From Deltaproteobacteria bacterium (GTDB lineage Bacteria; Desulfobacterota; Binatia; DP-6), in NCBI GenBank assembly GCA_005888095.1, contig VBKF01000103.1:35845-99844 (forward strand): DNA of 64,000 bases. The letters are read 5' to 3'. The notes under the pieces were generated by a model that was given only the letters and a program-made list of their open reading frames with translations, searched no databases and was not told where the DNA came from. The position numbers and the translations under genes were made by a program. This document shows positions 9,503 to 20,253 of this stretch, piece after piece. How positions within the stretch are numbered: position 1 is the first letter of the stretch; each line of letters opens with the position of its first letter.

Positions 9503-11125
9503 TTACCCCGCCGCGCCCACCAGCAGCCGCTCCGCGAGGCGCGCCATGCTCGCGTAGTCCGCCTTTCCGTTCGGCGCCCGCCCGATCGATTCGACGACGA
9601 GCACGCGCTTGGGCGTCTTGAACCCAGCCAGGCGCGCACGCACGTGGCGGCGGAGCTCATCCTCGCCGGGGGTGGCACCCCGGTTGAGCTCGACGAGCCC
9701 GATGACCGCCTGCCCCCATTTCTCGTCGCGGACACCGACCACGACCGCGTCGTAGACGGCGGGATGGGTCTTCAGCATCTCCTCCACCTCCTCCGGGTAG
9801 ACCTTCTCGCCGGCGGTGTTGATGCAGACGCTGCCGCGGCCGAGGAGCGTCAGCGCCCCGTCGGCCTCCACCGTGCACCAGTCGCCCGGGATCACGTAGC
9901 GTACGCCGTCGATGACCCGGAACGTGCGCGCGGTCTTCTCGGGGTCCTTGTAGTACCCGACGGGGATCGCGCCACCATGCGCGACGACCCCCGGTTCGCC
10001 GCTGCCCGGCTGGACCTCGCGGCCGTCCTCGGTGAAGACCTTCACCTTCTCCCCGAGCTGGAAGCGGCCCGTCCGCGACTCGCCCGCGGCGGTGGTGATC
10101 GCGGCGCCGAAGCCGACCGCCTCCGAGGAGCCGAAGGAATCGAAGAGGACCATGCTCGGATGGTGCGCGAGGAGCGCCCGCTTCACCTCCGGCGACCACA
10201 TGACGCCCGAGGAGATGATGGAGATGAGGCTGTCGAGCCGGTACTCCCCACGCCGCTCGTCGAGGGCCCGCAGCATCGGCTTGGCGAAGGCGTCGCCCAC
10301 GATGGCGATCGTGTTGACGGCGTGGCGCCCGACGGCATGCCACAGCTCGTGCGGGTCGAAGTTGACGCCACCGAGCGTGGCGATCGAGCCGCCCGCGGTG
10401 AGCGTGATGAAGGCGGTGAAGAGGCCGGTGCCGTGCATGAGGGGACAGGCCGGCAGGTGGCGGAGCCCGGGGCCGCGCGCGCGGACGCGGGCGGCGAGCT
10501 CGTCGAGTGACGCGACCGGCGGCTCCCCGAGCACCGGGTTCCCACCGCCCCCGATCGCACGCCAGAGGTCCTCGGACCGCCACATGACACCCTTCGGCAT
10601 GCCGGTGGTGCCGCCGGTGTAGAGGAAGAGGAGGTCGTCGGGCGAGCGCTCGATGCCGAGCGGCGCGCCGCGGCCTTCGGCGGCGAGCGGCTCGTAGGGC
10701 GCGGCGAAGGGCGCGAGCGGGCTCCCGTCGTCCAGCTGGATGTAGGCCTGCACCCTCGGGAGCCTGGGGCGGAGCGCGTCCAGGCGCTCGGCGAACTCGC
10801 CGGCGAACACGACGAACTTCGCATCGGCGTCGTCCATGATGTAGCGGAGCTCGTCGCCCAGGTAACGGAAGTTGACGTTGACGTGGACCAGCCGGGCCTT
10901 GAAGCAGGCGACGGTGGCCTCGAGGTACTCGGGCCGGTTGCGGAGGTAGAGGGCCACCTTGTCGCCCGGCTGCCCGCCGCGCGCGCGGAGCGCCGCGGCC
11001 AGGTTGTTCGTCCGCCGCGTGAACGCCGTCCAGCTGACGGCGCGCTCGCCGTGGAGGAGTGCCGCGCTGTCGCCCGGGACGGCCTCGCCGAGCGTGTCGA
11101 AGATGTCGCCCAGATTCCAGCTCAC
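9503..11125 (-). CDS. acyl-CoA synthetase / AMP-dependent ligase (FadD-like)
   Basis: AMP-binding motif LLFLYTGGTTGMPKGV. Start placed at the GTG preceded by GGAGG (ggaggcgaatcGTG). This GTG overlaps the stop of the upstream hydrolase gene (GTGA). Confidence 0.8.
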   Translation of the reverse strand: MSWNLGDIFDTLGEAVPGDSAALLHGERAVSWTAFTRRTNNLAAALRARGGQPGDKVALYLRNRPEYLEATVACFKARLVHVNVNFRYLGDELRYIMDDADAKFVVFAGEFAERLDALRPRLPRVQAYIQLDDGSPLAPFAAPYEPLAAEGRGAPLGIERSPDDLLFLYTGGTTGMPKGVMWRSEDLWRAIGGGGNPVLGEPPVASLDELAARVRARGPGLRHLPACPLMHGTGLFTAFITLTAGGSIATLGGVNFDPHELWHAVGRHAVNTIAIVGDAFAKPMLRALDERRGEYRLDSLISIISSGVMWSPEVKRALLAHHPSMVLFDSFGSSEAVGFGAAITTAAGESRTGRFQLGEKVKVFTEDGREVQPGSGEPGVVAHGGAIPVGYYKDPEKTARTFRVIDGVRYVIPGDWCTVEADGALTLLGRGSVCINTAGEKVYPEEVEEMLKTHPAVYDAVVVGVRDEKWGQAVIGLVELNRGATPGEDELRRHVRARLAGFKTPKRVLVVESIGRAPNGKADYASMARLAERLLVGAAG

Positions 11126-11892
11126 GATTCGCCTCCTTGCGCCAGTGTCTTCACCGGCTCGACCACGAACGGCCACAGCGCCCGCCCGCGCGGGTCGAAG
11201 GGCCGCCACGCGCCCTCGGGCTGCGCCAGACGCTCGGCGATGACGAGCAGGACGGCGGGATGGTGGCCCATCCCGCAGTGGCTGCTCCTGACCTCGATGT
11301 TCTCGCAGAGCGGCGCGCCCACCTCCAGGCAGCTCCGCCAGGCGACGATCCCGTCGCTGCGGCTGTAGATCGAGGTGGACGGCACGGGCAGCGGCGTCCC
11401 GAGCCGCGCCTGGAAGCCGCCGGCCCGGCCATCGGGGCGGGAGCCGAAGAAGCGTGCAACGCTCGTCGCCGACGGGTCGCGAAAGGGGCTGGCGAGCGTG
11501 ATCACCTGGCGGACGTCGTCCGGAAAGCGGCGCGCGAGCTCGCGCGCGTAGATGCCGCCGAGGCTCCAGCCGATCAGGCTGAGCTTCCGCCCGTGCCGCG
11601 CGCGCAGCGCCGTGAACCGCTGGCCGAGCGCCGGGGCGAGCCTGCTGCTCGGCCCGAGGTTCCGACCGAGCTTCCAGCCGTGGACGTGGTAGCCGCGGTC
11701 GCGGAGGAACCAGCGCAGGGCCTGCGTCGAGCGGTCGTTCGCGAGCCAGCCCGGCAGCACCAGGACCGGATGGCCGTCGCCGGCCGGCGCCCGTCCGAGG
11801 AGCGGCAGCGCCGGCAGCAGGGCGGCGAACTCGAGCCAGGCCCGCCCCTCGAGGGCGAGCAGCGCGGGCGAGGGCGGCCGCATCGTCTCCAC
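11122..11892 (-). CDS. alpha/beta-fold hydrolase (lipase/esterase, PGAP1-like)
   Basis: 256 aa with the GxSxG nucleophile elbow (IGWSLGG) and a HPVLVLPGW pattern. Translationally coupled to the downstream acyl-CoA synthetase. Confidence 0.7.
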   Translation of the reverse strand: METMRPPSPALLALEGRAWLEFAALLPALPLLGRAPAGDGHPVLVLPGWLANDRSTQALRWFLRDRGYHVHGWKLGRNLGPSSRLAPALGQRFTALRARHGRKLSLIGWSLGGIYARELARRFPDDVRQVITLASPFRDPSATSVARFFGSRPDGRAGGFQARLGTPLPVPSTSIYSRSDGIVAWRSCLEVGAPLCENIEVRSSHCGMGHHPAVLLVIAERLAQPEGAWRPFDPRGRALWPFVVEPVKTLAQGGES

Positions 11893-11932
11893 GGTTGCCG
11901 CGCGTCACAGTGCTGACACACGGCCTCCGGCG

Positions 11933-12379
11933 TCAAGGGGGCGGCCGGCGCCGCGCCACGACCATCTGGACGCGCTCCCCGCAGGCGAGCCGGAGCCGCT
12001 CCACCGCGAAGCCGATCGCCGCGAGCTCGCGCGCCGCCGGATAGCGGGCACGGGACGGCGCGAGCCCCCGGGCCGCCAGGACGAGGATGCCGACCGCCCG
12101 CCGCCAGAGCGCCCGCGGCTGGCTGTGGTCGAGGAGGACGAGCGGCGCGCCCGCCGGCAGCCGATTGCGCAACGCGGCGAGGAGCGCCTGCCGCTCCGCC
12201 GGCCGCGGCGGGCTGCCGAGGAAGGCGACGACGGCGGCGGCCGGTACCTCGCCGTCCCGCGCAGCCGCGAGACGCGCCGCGAGATGGGCCCCGAGGCGCG
12301 GCGGCGCGGCCACCGCGACGGGGCCCGCGACGGGGCCGAGCAGACGGACGGCGTGCGCGGCGAGCCGCGCCCCGCTCAC
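11933..12379 (-). CDS. hypothetical protein (about 148 aa), translationally coupled to folE
   Basis: Open frame [11 protein letters not shown]...VVARRRPPP. Its GTG start overlaps the folE TGA (ctcac = GTGA). No recognisable motif, and composition is borderline given the GC content. Confidence 0.35.
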   Translation of the reverse strand: MSGARLAAHAVRLLGPVAGPVAVAAPPRLGAHLAARLAAARDGEVPAAAVVAFLGSPPRPAERQALLAALRNRLPAGAPLVLLDHSQPRALWRRAVGILVLAARGLAPSRARYPAARELAAIGFAVERLRLACGERVQMVVARRRPPP

Positions 12380-12933
12380 CGCCGCCCGATCAGCGTCATG
12401 AACTCCTCGCGGGTCGGCTGCTGCGCGCGGAACGCGCCGAGCATCGCGCTCGTCACCACCACGGAATTCTGCTTCTCGACCCCGCGCATGCGCATGCAGA
12501 GGTGCTCGGCCTCGAGCACGACGCCGACTCCCAGGGGATCGAGCTCCTCCATGATCGTGTTCGCGATCTGGGTCGTCATGCGCTCCTGGACCTGCAGGCG
12601 GCGCGCGAAGATTTCGACCAGCCGGGCGATCTTGCTGATGCCGATGATGCGATGCTGGGGCAGGTAGGCGACGTGCGCCTTGCCGAAGAAGGGGAGGACG
12701 TGATGCTCGCACATCGAGTAGAAGTCGATGTCCTTGAGCACGATCATCTCCGAATACTCTTCGACGAAGAGCGCGCCGTTGATGACCTGCTTCGGGTCGA
12801 CGTCGTAGCCGCGCGTCAGGAACTCGAGCGCGCGGGCGACGCGCGCGGGCGAGCGCCGGAGGCCTTCCCGCTCCGGCTCCGGGTCGAGGGCGCGCAGAAT
12901 CGCCCGCACGTGGGCCTCGAGATCCTCGCGCAT
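12376..12933 (-). CDS. folE: GTP cyclohydrolase I
   Basis: 185 aa with CEHHVLPF and GKAHVAYLP...IIGISKIAR motifs diagnostic of FolE. Confidence 0.95.
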   Translation of the reverse strand: MREDLEAHVRAILRALDPEPEREGLRRSPARVARALEFLTRGYDVDPKQVINGALFVEEYSEMIVLKDIDFYSMCEHHVLPFFGKAHVAYLPQHRIIGISKIARLVEIFARRLQVQERMTTQIANTIMEELDPLGVGVVLEAEHLCMRMRGVEKQNSVVVTSAMLGAFRAQQPTREEFMTLIGRR

Positions 12934-12945
12934 CGTTCGGGACGT

Positions 12946-13857
12946 CTAACGGATGGGCGAAGGCGTGGCAAGGCGCGGCAGCGGGCCTCCGACCAGCCCC
13001 TCGCGGCACAGGTTCTCGAAGATCGCGCGCGTCGCCGGCGACTTGTTGAGCGTGTAGAAGTGGATCCCCGGAGCCCCGCTGCGCAGCAGCTCGGCGCACT
13101 GCCGCGTCGCCCACTCCACGCCGACCGCGAGCGCCGCCTGCTCGTCGTCGCGCACGCGCTCGAGCGCGGCGCGGAGCGCGGCGGGGATCTGATTGCCGCT
13201 GAGCGCCGTGATGCGTTCGATCTGCGGCACGTTGGTGATCGGCATGATGCCGGGGACGAGCGGCACGCCGATGCCCGCCCGCCGCGCCCGCTCGACGAAC
13301 GCGAAGTAGTCGGCGTTGTCGTAGAAGAGCTGGGTGATGACGGCATCGAGCCCGGCGTCGACCTTCATCTTGAGGTGCTGGATGTTGAGCTCCAGGTCCC
13401 GGCACTCGGGGTGGCCTTCGGGATGGCCGCCGCCCACCAGGCACAGCTTGTGGCCGCGCGCGCGTACGAAGCGGATCATGTCGACGGCGTAGCGGAAGCC
13501 GTTGAGTGGGGGGTGAAAGCTCCCCTCGCCCGGCCGATCGCCGCGAATGGCGACCACGTTCTCGATGCCGCGCGCCTCGATGAGCTCGTAGTGCGCCGCG
13601 AGCTCCTCGCGCCCGGCCTCGATGCAGGTGACGTGCGCCGCTGCCTCGATGCCGAGCGCCCGGATGCGCGTCACGAGCTCCACCGGCGCCTCGCGCGGCT
13701 TGGCACCCGTCCGCGTCACCGAGACGAATCCCGGCCCCAGCGGCTTGAGCGCCTCGATCGTGCGCATGAGGGCGGCCTCGCCCTCGGGCGTCTTCGGCGG
13801 GAAGAACTCGAACGAGATGCAGGGCCCGCCGCGGGCGAGGATGTCGGTGATCTTCAT
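12946..13857 (-). CDS. metF: 5,10-methylenetetrahydrofolate reductase
   Basis: 303 aa; ISFEFFPPKT at the N-terminus and the TIM-barrel MTHFR pattern (VTC, LVGGGHPEGHPE, FYTLN). Confidence 0.9.
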   Translation of the reverse strand: MKITDILARGGPCISFEFFPPKTPEGEAALMRTIEALKPLGPGFVSVTRTGAKPREAPVELVTRIRALGIEAAAHVTCIEAGREELAAHYELIEARGIENVVAIRGDRPGEGSFHPPLNGFRYAVDMIRFVRARGHKLCLVGGGHPEGHPECRDLELNIQHLKMKVDAGLDAVITQLFYDNADYFAFVERARRAGIGVPLVPGIMPITNVPQIERITALSGNQIPAALRAALERVRDDEQAALAVGVEWATRQCAELLRSGAPGIHFYTLNKSPATRAIFENLCREGLVGGPLPRLATPSPIR

Positions 13858-13891
13858 GGGGCGGCGGGAGGACGCTGGGCGCTCGCGTGAG

Positions 13892-14929
13892 CTAGTGCGA
13901 GCCTTTCTTCTCGAGCGCCTTCACCTTCTGGTACTTGCGGTAGTCGTAGCCGGTGGCCATGGCCATGAGCAGCCCTTCCATGCCGCCGTCCCGCTCCCGC
14001 CGCAAGATCTGCAGCCGCTCGTAGAACTCCCGGAAGTCCTTGTTCACCCGCGACCCCGCGTCGACCGGATTCAGGAAGAAATCGTGCAGGCGGGTGATCG
14101 TGAAGCGGACCGCCGAGAATCGCAGCTCATTCGGGAACGCGTCCCACTCGGCGAGCGACAGAGCGCGCAGCGACTCGTAGCCCGCGATGAGCGCCTCGAA
14201 GCGCTTGAGCTGGTAGCTCTCGCCGTCGAAGCACAGGGCGTTCACCGCGGTCGCCAGGTCGAAGATGAACTTGCCGCGGCAGGCCGCCTCGAAGTCGAGC
14301 ATGGCGACGAGCTTGTCGCCCTTGAAGATGACGTTGTCGTCGAAGAGGTCGCCGTGAATGACGCCCTTCGGAAGCTTGCTCTCGAGATACCCCTGGAGGT
14401 AATCGACCTCGTCGTCGAGCGTGCGGACGATCCGCTTGAAGTAGGAGGGGAGCCGCTCCCGCACCTGCGCGTAGAGGTCTGCCACGCGGTCGTAGCTGAA
14501 GCGATTGTCGATGCCCTTCTTGTAGCTCTTGCCGATCGTGTGGAGGTCGGCGAGCACGCGGCCGACGTTCTCGATCTGCGCCGTCGTGAGGCGCGCGGGA
14601 GACACGGTGTGCCCGTCGACGTAGCGGTAGAGCGTGAGGCACTTGCCGTTCACCTCGCGGTAGTGCCGCCCCTTGCGGTCGGCGACCGGCTGCGGGCAGG
14701 GAAAGCCGTGCTTGCGCAGGAAGAGGAGCAGGTCGAGCTCACGCTTCACCTCGAGCTCGCTCTTCACCTCGTCGATGCGCAGCAGATGCTTTCCGCGCGT
14801 GGTCTCGAGCAGATAGGAGGTGTTGACGGAGCCCGCCGCGATTCCACTCGCCGCGATGAGCTTCGCGAGACCGTAGTCCTCGACAATTTCGGCGAGCTCG
14901 CGCGTTCCGAGCTCGGTGTAAACGGCCAT
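13892..14929 (-). CDS. phosphotransferase of the aminoglycoside-phosphotransferase / homoserine kinase type II family
   Basis: Catalytic HGDLFDDNV (Brenner motif) and an APH fold. Start placed at ATG MAVYTELG, preceded by GGGAGG. The longer ORF upstream reads like untranslated leader. Confidence 0.7.
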   Translation of the reverse strand: MAVYTELGTRELAEIVEDYGLAKLIAASGIAAGSVNTSYLLETTRGKHLLRIDEVKSELEVKRELDLLLFLRKHGFPCPQPVADRKGRHYREVNGKCLTLYRYVDGHTVSPARLTTAQIENVGRVLADLHTIGKSYKKGIDNRFSYDRVADLYAQVRERLPSYFKRIVRTLDDEVDYLQGYLESKLPKGVIHGDLFDDNVIFKGDKLVAMLDFEAACRGKFIFDLATAVNALCFDGESYQLKRFEALIAGYESLRALSLAEWDAFPNELRFSAVRFTITRLHDFFLNPVDAGSRVNKDFREFYERLQILRRERDGGMEGLLMAMATGYDYRKYQKVKALEKKGSH

Positions 14930-15065
14930 CTCCGCCCGCCTCCCTAACCCACCGGAATTCCACCCAAAAAGCCGTCGCAAAGTATCGTTAGGTGCGGCAT
15001 TTGTCAAGCTGAAAATTCGCTTCGCCGCGGAAAACGCCTTTACCGGCGCGGGGTTGCGCCGTATA

Positions 15066-15086
15066 GAAGATGTTCTTCTTTTTTTT
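15066..15086 (+). promoter_or_regulatory. small hairpin (GAAGA-tgt-TCTTC) followed by an 8-T run, 8 nt upstream of the VIT gene start; candidate attenuator or sRNA terminator
   Basis: Read directly from the sequence. It lies in an unusually AT-rich 165-bp divergent intergenic region (14930-15093) within a GC-rich genome. Confidence 0.3.
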
Positions 15087-15093
15087 GGGTCGC

Positions 15094-15867
15094 ATGATGG
15101 CATCCAACCCGCGGGGCGAGCCTGGGCCGATGCCGGCGCCCGTCACCAGGCTGGCGGAGCCGCTCAAGCGGTTCCACAAGGAAGCCTGGCATACCCCCCA
15201 GGGACGGCTCATCCGCGAGGTCATCTTCGGCCTCAACGACGGCGTCATCTCGACAATCGGCTTCCTGGCGGGGGTCACGGCCACCATCGGCGACCTCCAC
15301 ACGGTCGCGCTCGGCGGGCTCGCCGCCGCCTTTGCCGGCGCGCTCGCCATGGGCATCGGGGCCTACGTGGCGTCCAAGTCCCAGCGCCGGTTCTTCGAGG
15401 CCGAGATCGCGCGCGAAGCGTGGGAGATCGAGAACATGCCCGACCACGAGCGGGAGGAGATCCGCGAGATCTACGGCCAGCTCGGGTTCGGCGCGGAAGA
15501 AATCGACCTGATCGTCCGGCGGGTCACCGCCAATCCCGAGCTGTGGCTCCGCTTCATGTCGCGCGAGGAGCTCGGCCTCGCCGAGGAGACCTTCGATCCG
15601 CCCGTGCGCATCGCAGCCGTCACGGGCTTCGCGTACCTGACCGGCGCGCTCATCACGCTCGTGCCCTACTTCCTCCACCCCGCGCCACCGCGCACCTTCG
15701 CGGCCGCCGCCGCGCTGTCGGTCGCCACGCTGCTCGTCACCGGCGCCGCCAAGACGTGGCTCACCAAGGAGAACCCGGTAGCCGCGAGCCTGGAGCTCGC
15801 CGGCCTCGGCGTGCTCGCCTGCGTCGTCGGTTTCGTGCTCGGCCGCCTGGTGGGCGTCGCGGTGTAG
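15094..15867 (+). CDS. VIT1/CCC1-family membrane protein (putative Fe/Mn transporter)
   Basis: 257 aa; LNDGVISTIGFLAGVTA and GALAMGIGAYVAS are VIT-family signatures with C-terminal TM helices. Start at the tandem ATG ATG. Confidence 0.8.
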   Translation: MMASNPRGEPGPMPAPVTRLAEPLKRFHKEAWHTPQGRLIREVIFGLNDGVISTIGFLAGVTATIGDLHTVALGGLAAAFAGALAMGIGAYVASKSQRRFFEAEIAREAWEIENMPDHEREEIREIYGQLGFGAEEIDLIVRRVTANPELWLRFMSREELGLAEETFDPPVRIAAVTGFAYLTGALITLVPYFLHPAPPRTFAAAAALSVATLLVTGAAKTWLTKENPVAASLELAGLGVLACVVGFVLGRLVGVAV

Positions 15868-15909
15868 TGGCCGCGGACGGTGCAAGCGGCGTGCGGTCCG
15901 TCGCGCTCC

Positions 15910-16632
15910 TTACGCCGACGCCGTGACGCCGATCCGCGGGCACCACTCGGCCACGGGGCAGACGCTGCAGCGGGGCTTCCGCGCCACGCACACGCGGCGG
16001 CCGTGGTGGATCAGGCGGTGTGCGAACCGCGTCCACTCCTTCGGCGGCAACAGCTCGCGCAGGTTGGCCTCGATCTTGTCGGGGTCGTCGTTCGTCGTGA
16101 GCCCGAGCCGACCGGCCAGGCGCCGCACGTGCGTGTCGACGAAGATGGCCGGCTGGCCGAAGGCGGTGCCGAGGACGACGTTCGCGGTCTTCCGCCCCAC
16201 CCCGGGGAGCGCGCAGAGCTCCTCCATCGTCTGCGGCACCCGTCCTTCGTGCCGCTCGACGAGGATGCGCGCCACCGCCTGGAGCGCCTTCGCCTTCTGG
16301 CGAAAGAACCCGGTCGGCTTGACGATCGCCTCGAGCGCATCCCCGGGCGCGGCGGCCAGCTCTTGCGGGCCCGGATACTCGGCGAACAGACGCGGCGTCA
16401 CCTGGTTCACCATCGCGTCGGTGCACTGCGCCGAGAGGATGGTCGCCACCAGCAGCTGCCACGGGTTCTGGTAGTGGAGCGCGCACCACGCGTCCGGATA
16501 GGCGCGTGCCAGGCGGCGCGCGATCTGGCGAGCCCGCGCGCGACGCCTCTCCCGGCTCTCGCGTGCGACGTTCAGTCGGGGAGACGGCTTGGCGGCGGGC
16601 TTCCGGGACGGTCGCGGCGACTTCAGCGCCAC
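15910..16632 (-). CDS. nth: endonuclease III (DNA glycosylase/AP lyase)
   Basis: HhH-GPD motif LPGVGRKTANVVL and a 4Fe-4S cluster loop (CxxxxxxCxxC...C: CVARKPRCSVCPVAEWC). Start inferred at a GTG that overlaps glpD by 10 nt; there is no in-frame ATG. Confidence 0.8.
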   Translation of the reverse strand: MALKSPRPSRKPAAKPSPRLNVARESRERRRARARQIARRLARAYPDAWCALHYQNPWQLLVATILSAQCTDAMVNQVTPRLFAEYPGPQELAAAPGDALEAIVKPTGFFRQKAKALQAVARILVERHEGRVPQTMEELCALPGVGRKTANVVLGTAFGQPAIFVDTHVRRLAGRLGLTTNDDPDKIEANLRELLPPKEWTRFAHRLIHHGRRVCVARKPRCSVCPVAEWCPRIGVTASA

Positions 16633-18269
16633 CGCCGGCGGCCCTCTTCCACCACCGCGGCATAGCTCTCCGCAGCGGCGCGCGCGGCCTCGGGCGTCCA
16701 GCCGAGCGGTCCCGCCATCAACGCGGCCACCTCCCCGGCCGCCTTGACGCCCTCGCTCTCCTCGCGCAGCGAGATCTGCGTGCGGCGGCGGAGCACGTCC
16801 TCGACGGTCAGCGCGCCCTCGCGCTCGACGGCCTCGAGCACCTCGGCGCGCGGGTCGGGAAGCGTCGGGACGATCGGGTCGGCGAGCCGGCGGTCGGCCG
16901 CGACGAGATGCAGCACCTCGCCCGCTCGGCTGCCGTAGCGGTCGGCCAGGTGGCCGATCACCGGGGGCGCAAGCCCGTTGCCGTCGCGCGACAGGACCGC
17001 CGCCGCCACCGAGTCCGGCGGCGCCGCCCCGCCCGGCAGCGGCACTGTGCCCGTCCGGCAGCGGCCGAAGCGGCGCTGGTCGCCGCCCCGGCGGAGCGCG
17101 TCGATCACGCGCTCGACGACCGCCGCCGCCACCAGCCGATGGGTCGTGAGCTTGCCGCCCGCGATCGAGATCAGACCCGAGGGCGAGGCGAAGATCTCCT
17201 CCTCGCGCGACACGCTGGAGGGCGCCACCGCGGCGCCGGCGGGCGGCGCGATCAGCGGCCGGAGCCCGGCGAAGGCGCTGGTCACATCCTCCCGCGAGAG
17301 ACGGGCGGCCGGGAAATAGTGGTTCACCGTTTCCAGCAGGTAGGTGACGTCGGCCGCCTCGACGACGGGCGGGACGTCGGGACCGCCCTCGTGGTCGGTG
17401 TCGGTGGTGCCGACCAGCGTCTGCTCCTGCCACGGGATGACGAACATCACGCGGCCGTCCTTGACGGCGTGCAGCACGACCGCCGCCCGGTTGCCGACCC
17501 GCGCCCGGGGGACGAGGACGTGCACCCCCTTGGTCAGCCGCAGCCGCGCCGGCGCCGGTGCGTCGAGGGCCGCCACGGTGTCCACCCACGGGCCGGTCGC
17601 GTTGACGACGACGCGGGCCCGGACGCTCACCTCCCCGCCCCCGAGCCGGTCGACCAGCCGTGCGCCGGCGAGCCGGCCGTCCTCCTTGAGAAGCGCCGCC
17701 ACGCGCGCGTACGACACCGCGACGGCGCCCTCGCGCCCCGCGGCGAGGATCGTCTCGAGGACGAGCCGCGCGTCGTCGGTGCGGCAGTCCCAGTAGCACC
17801 CGGCGCCCCGCAGACCCTCCGTCCGCAAGGCAGGCTCGGCCTTCCGTGTGGCGCGCGCCGAGAGCATGCGATGGCGATGGACGTTCCACAGGCCGGCCAT
17901 GAGATCGTATGCCCAGAGCCCGGCAGCGAGCTTGAATCTCCCGACCGGACCGTCTTCGTACACCGGGAAGATGAACTCCTGCGGGCGCACGAGGTGCGGC
18001 GCGAGCCGCCGCAGCCGCTCGCGCTCGCGGCACGCCTCGAGGACCAGCCGGACATCGCCCTGCTCGAGGTACCGGAATCCTCCGTGGATCAGCTTCGAGG
18101 ACCGGCTCGAGGTGCCCGAGGCGAAGTCCGCATGCTCGACGAGCGCCGTCCGGAGGCCGCGCATGGCGGCGTCGCGCGCGATCCCTGCGCCGTTGATGCC
18201 GCCGCCGATGACGAGGAGGTCGAAGGTCTCGCTGCCGAGCCGGGCGAGCGCCGCGCTGCGCGGGGTCAC
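16623..18269 (-). CDS. glpD: FAD-dependent glycerol-3-phosphate dehydrogenase
   Basis: N-terminal FAD fold DLLVIGGGINGAGIARDAA and the GlpD signature SSRSSKLIHGGFRYL. Confidence 0.85.
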   Translation of the reverse strand: MTPRSAALARLGSETFDLLVIGGGINGAGIARDAAMRGLRTALVEHADFASGTSSRSSKLIHGGFRYLEQGDVRLVLEACRERERLRRLAPHLVRPQEFIFPVYEDGPVGRFKLAAGLWAYDLMAGLWNVHRHRMLSARATRKAEPALRTEGLRGAGCYWDCRTDDARLVLETILAAGREGAVAVSYARVAALLKEDGRLAGARLVDRLGGGEVSVRARVVVNATGPWVDTVAALDAPAPARLRLTKGVHVLVPRARVGNRAAVVLHAVKDGRVMFVIPWQEQTLVGTTDTDHEGGPDVPPVVEAADVTYLLETVNHYFPAARLSREDVTSAFAGLRPLIAPPAGAAVAPSSVSREEEIFASPSGLISIAGGKLTTHRLVAAAVVERVIDALRRGGDQRRFGRCRTGTVPLPGGAAPPDSVAAAVLSRDGNGLAPPVIGHLADRYGSRAGEVLHLVAADRRLADPIVPTLPDPRAEVLEAVEREGALTVEDVLRRRTQISLREESEGVKAAGEVAALMAGPLGWTPEAARAAAESYAAVVEEGRRRWR

Positions 18270-18467
18270 ACGTGGATTCTACCGAGCCCCCGATCCCATG
18301 TCACGGCGCGTCACCGCCAGCTGCTGTCGCTCGGACAGCACCCCGCCGGAGCTCGACTCGAGATCGAATCTCCGCGCGCGCCGCGCGCGCGGCCGAGCGA
18401 AGCGAGCGGGGAGTGAGGACCCGGCGGGCTCCGCCCGACGGGGCGAGGGGCGGAGCCCCTCGCTGAT

Positions 18468-19489
<1,022 letters not shown>

Positions 19490-19490
<1 letters not shown>

Positions 19491-20242
19491 CAGAGGATGC
19501 CGAGCACCTTGTGCAGCTGGGGCATGACGCGCACGTCGGGATGACGGCGGCTGGCGAGCGCGTGCAGGCGCTCGAGCGTCGCCGCGCTGATCGTGAGGTT
19601 CGTCCCGTCCGGCGGCGTGAGCGGGGTCAGGAAGAGCGGCACCGCCGGGTCGACGGCCGCGACCAGGCGCGCGCCATGCTCGACCTCCTCGGCGAGCGTG
19701 CCCTCGTCGACCGGCATCTTGACGTATATCGCTCGGCCGGCGGCGACCGCGGCGCCGAGACACGCCTCGTGCTCCTCCCAGCGCGCGCGCTCGCCCGTGT
19801 TGCTCGGGCATTTGAGGTCGAGGCTGACGATCGCCACGTGCGGCAGGAGCCGCTCGAGGCGCGCCGGCAGGATGCCCGCCGTCTCGAGCAGGACGGGCAG
19901 CTCGCCCGTGCGCATCCCGAGCCAGGCGGCCAGGAAGTCGGTCTGGGCGAGCGGCTCCCCGCCGGTCACGGCGAGCGCGGCCAGCGGCGGCGCCGCGGCG
20001 ACGAGGGCCTGGACTTCGGCCTCGAGCTCGACGGGCGTGAAGGGGTTCGCTCGCCGCCGCTCCCCGTCGGGACCGAGGATGCGGCACTCCGGGACGGGGA
20101 CGAGGCTCCCGGGGGTGTCGCAGTAACGGCAGCGCAGCGGGCAGCCCCCCAGGCGGACGAAGAGATGGCGCCGCCCCGCATGCAGGCCCTCGCCCTGGAA
20201 GGAGACGAACATCTCCGAGACGTTCCCCTCGCCACCCCGCAT
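19490..20242 (-). CDS. queE: 7-carboxy-7-deazaguanine synthase (radical SAM)
   Basis: FVSFQGEG...GCPLRCRYCDT are QueE CxxxCxxC radical-SAM/cluster motifs. The alternative start 20212 (MFVSF) cannot be excluded. Confidence 0.8.
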
Positions 20243-20253
20243 GCGGCGGCCAT

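Noticed and set aside
11933-13444. 503-aa minus-strand ORF spanning folE and metF
   Set aside because: Composite read-through in the wrong frame. Only its last roughly 148 codons (11933-12379) are retained as a possible small gene.
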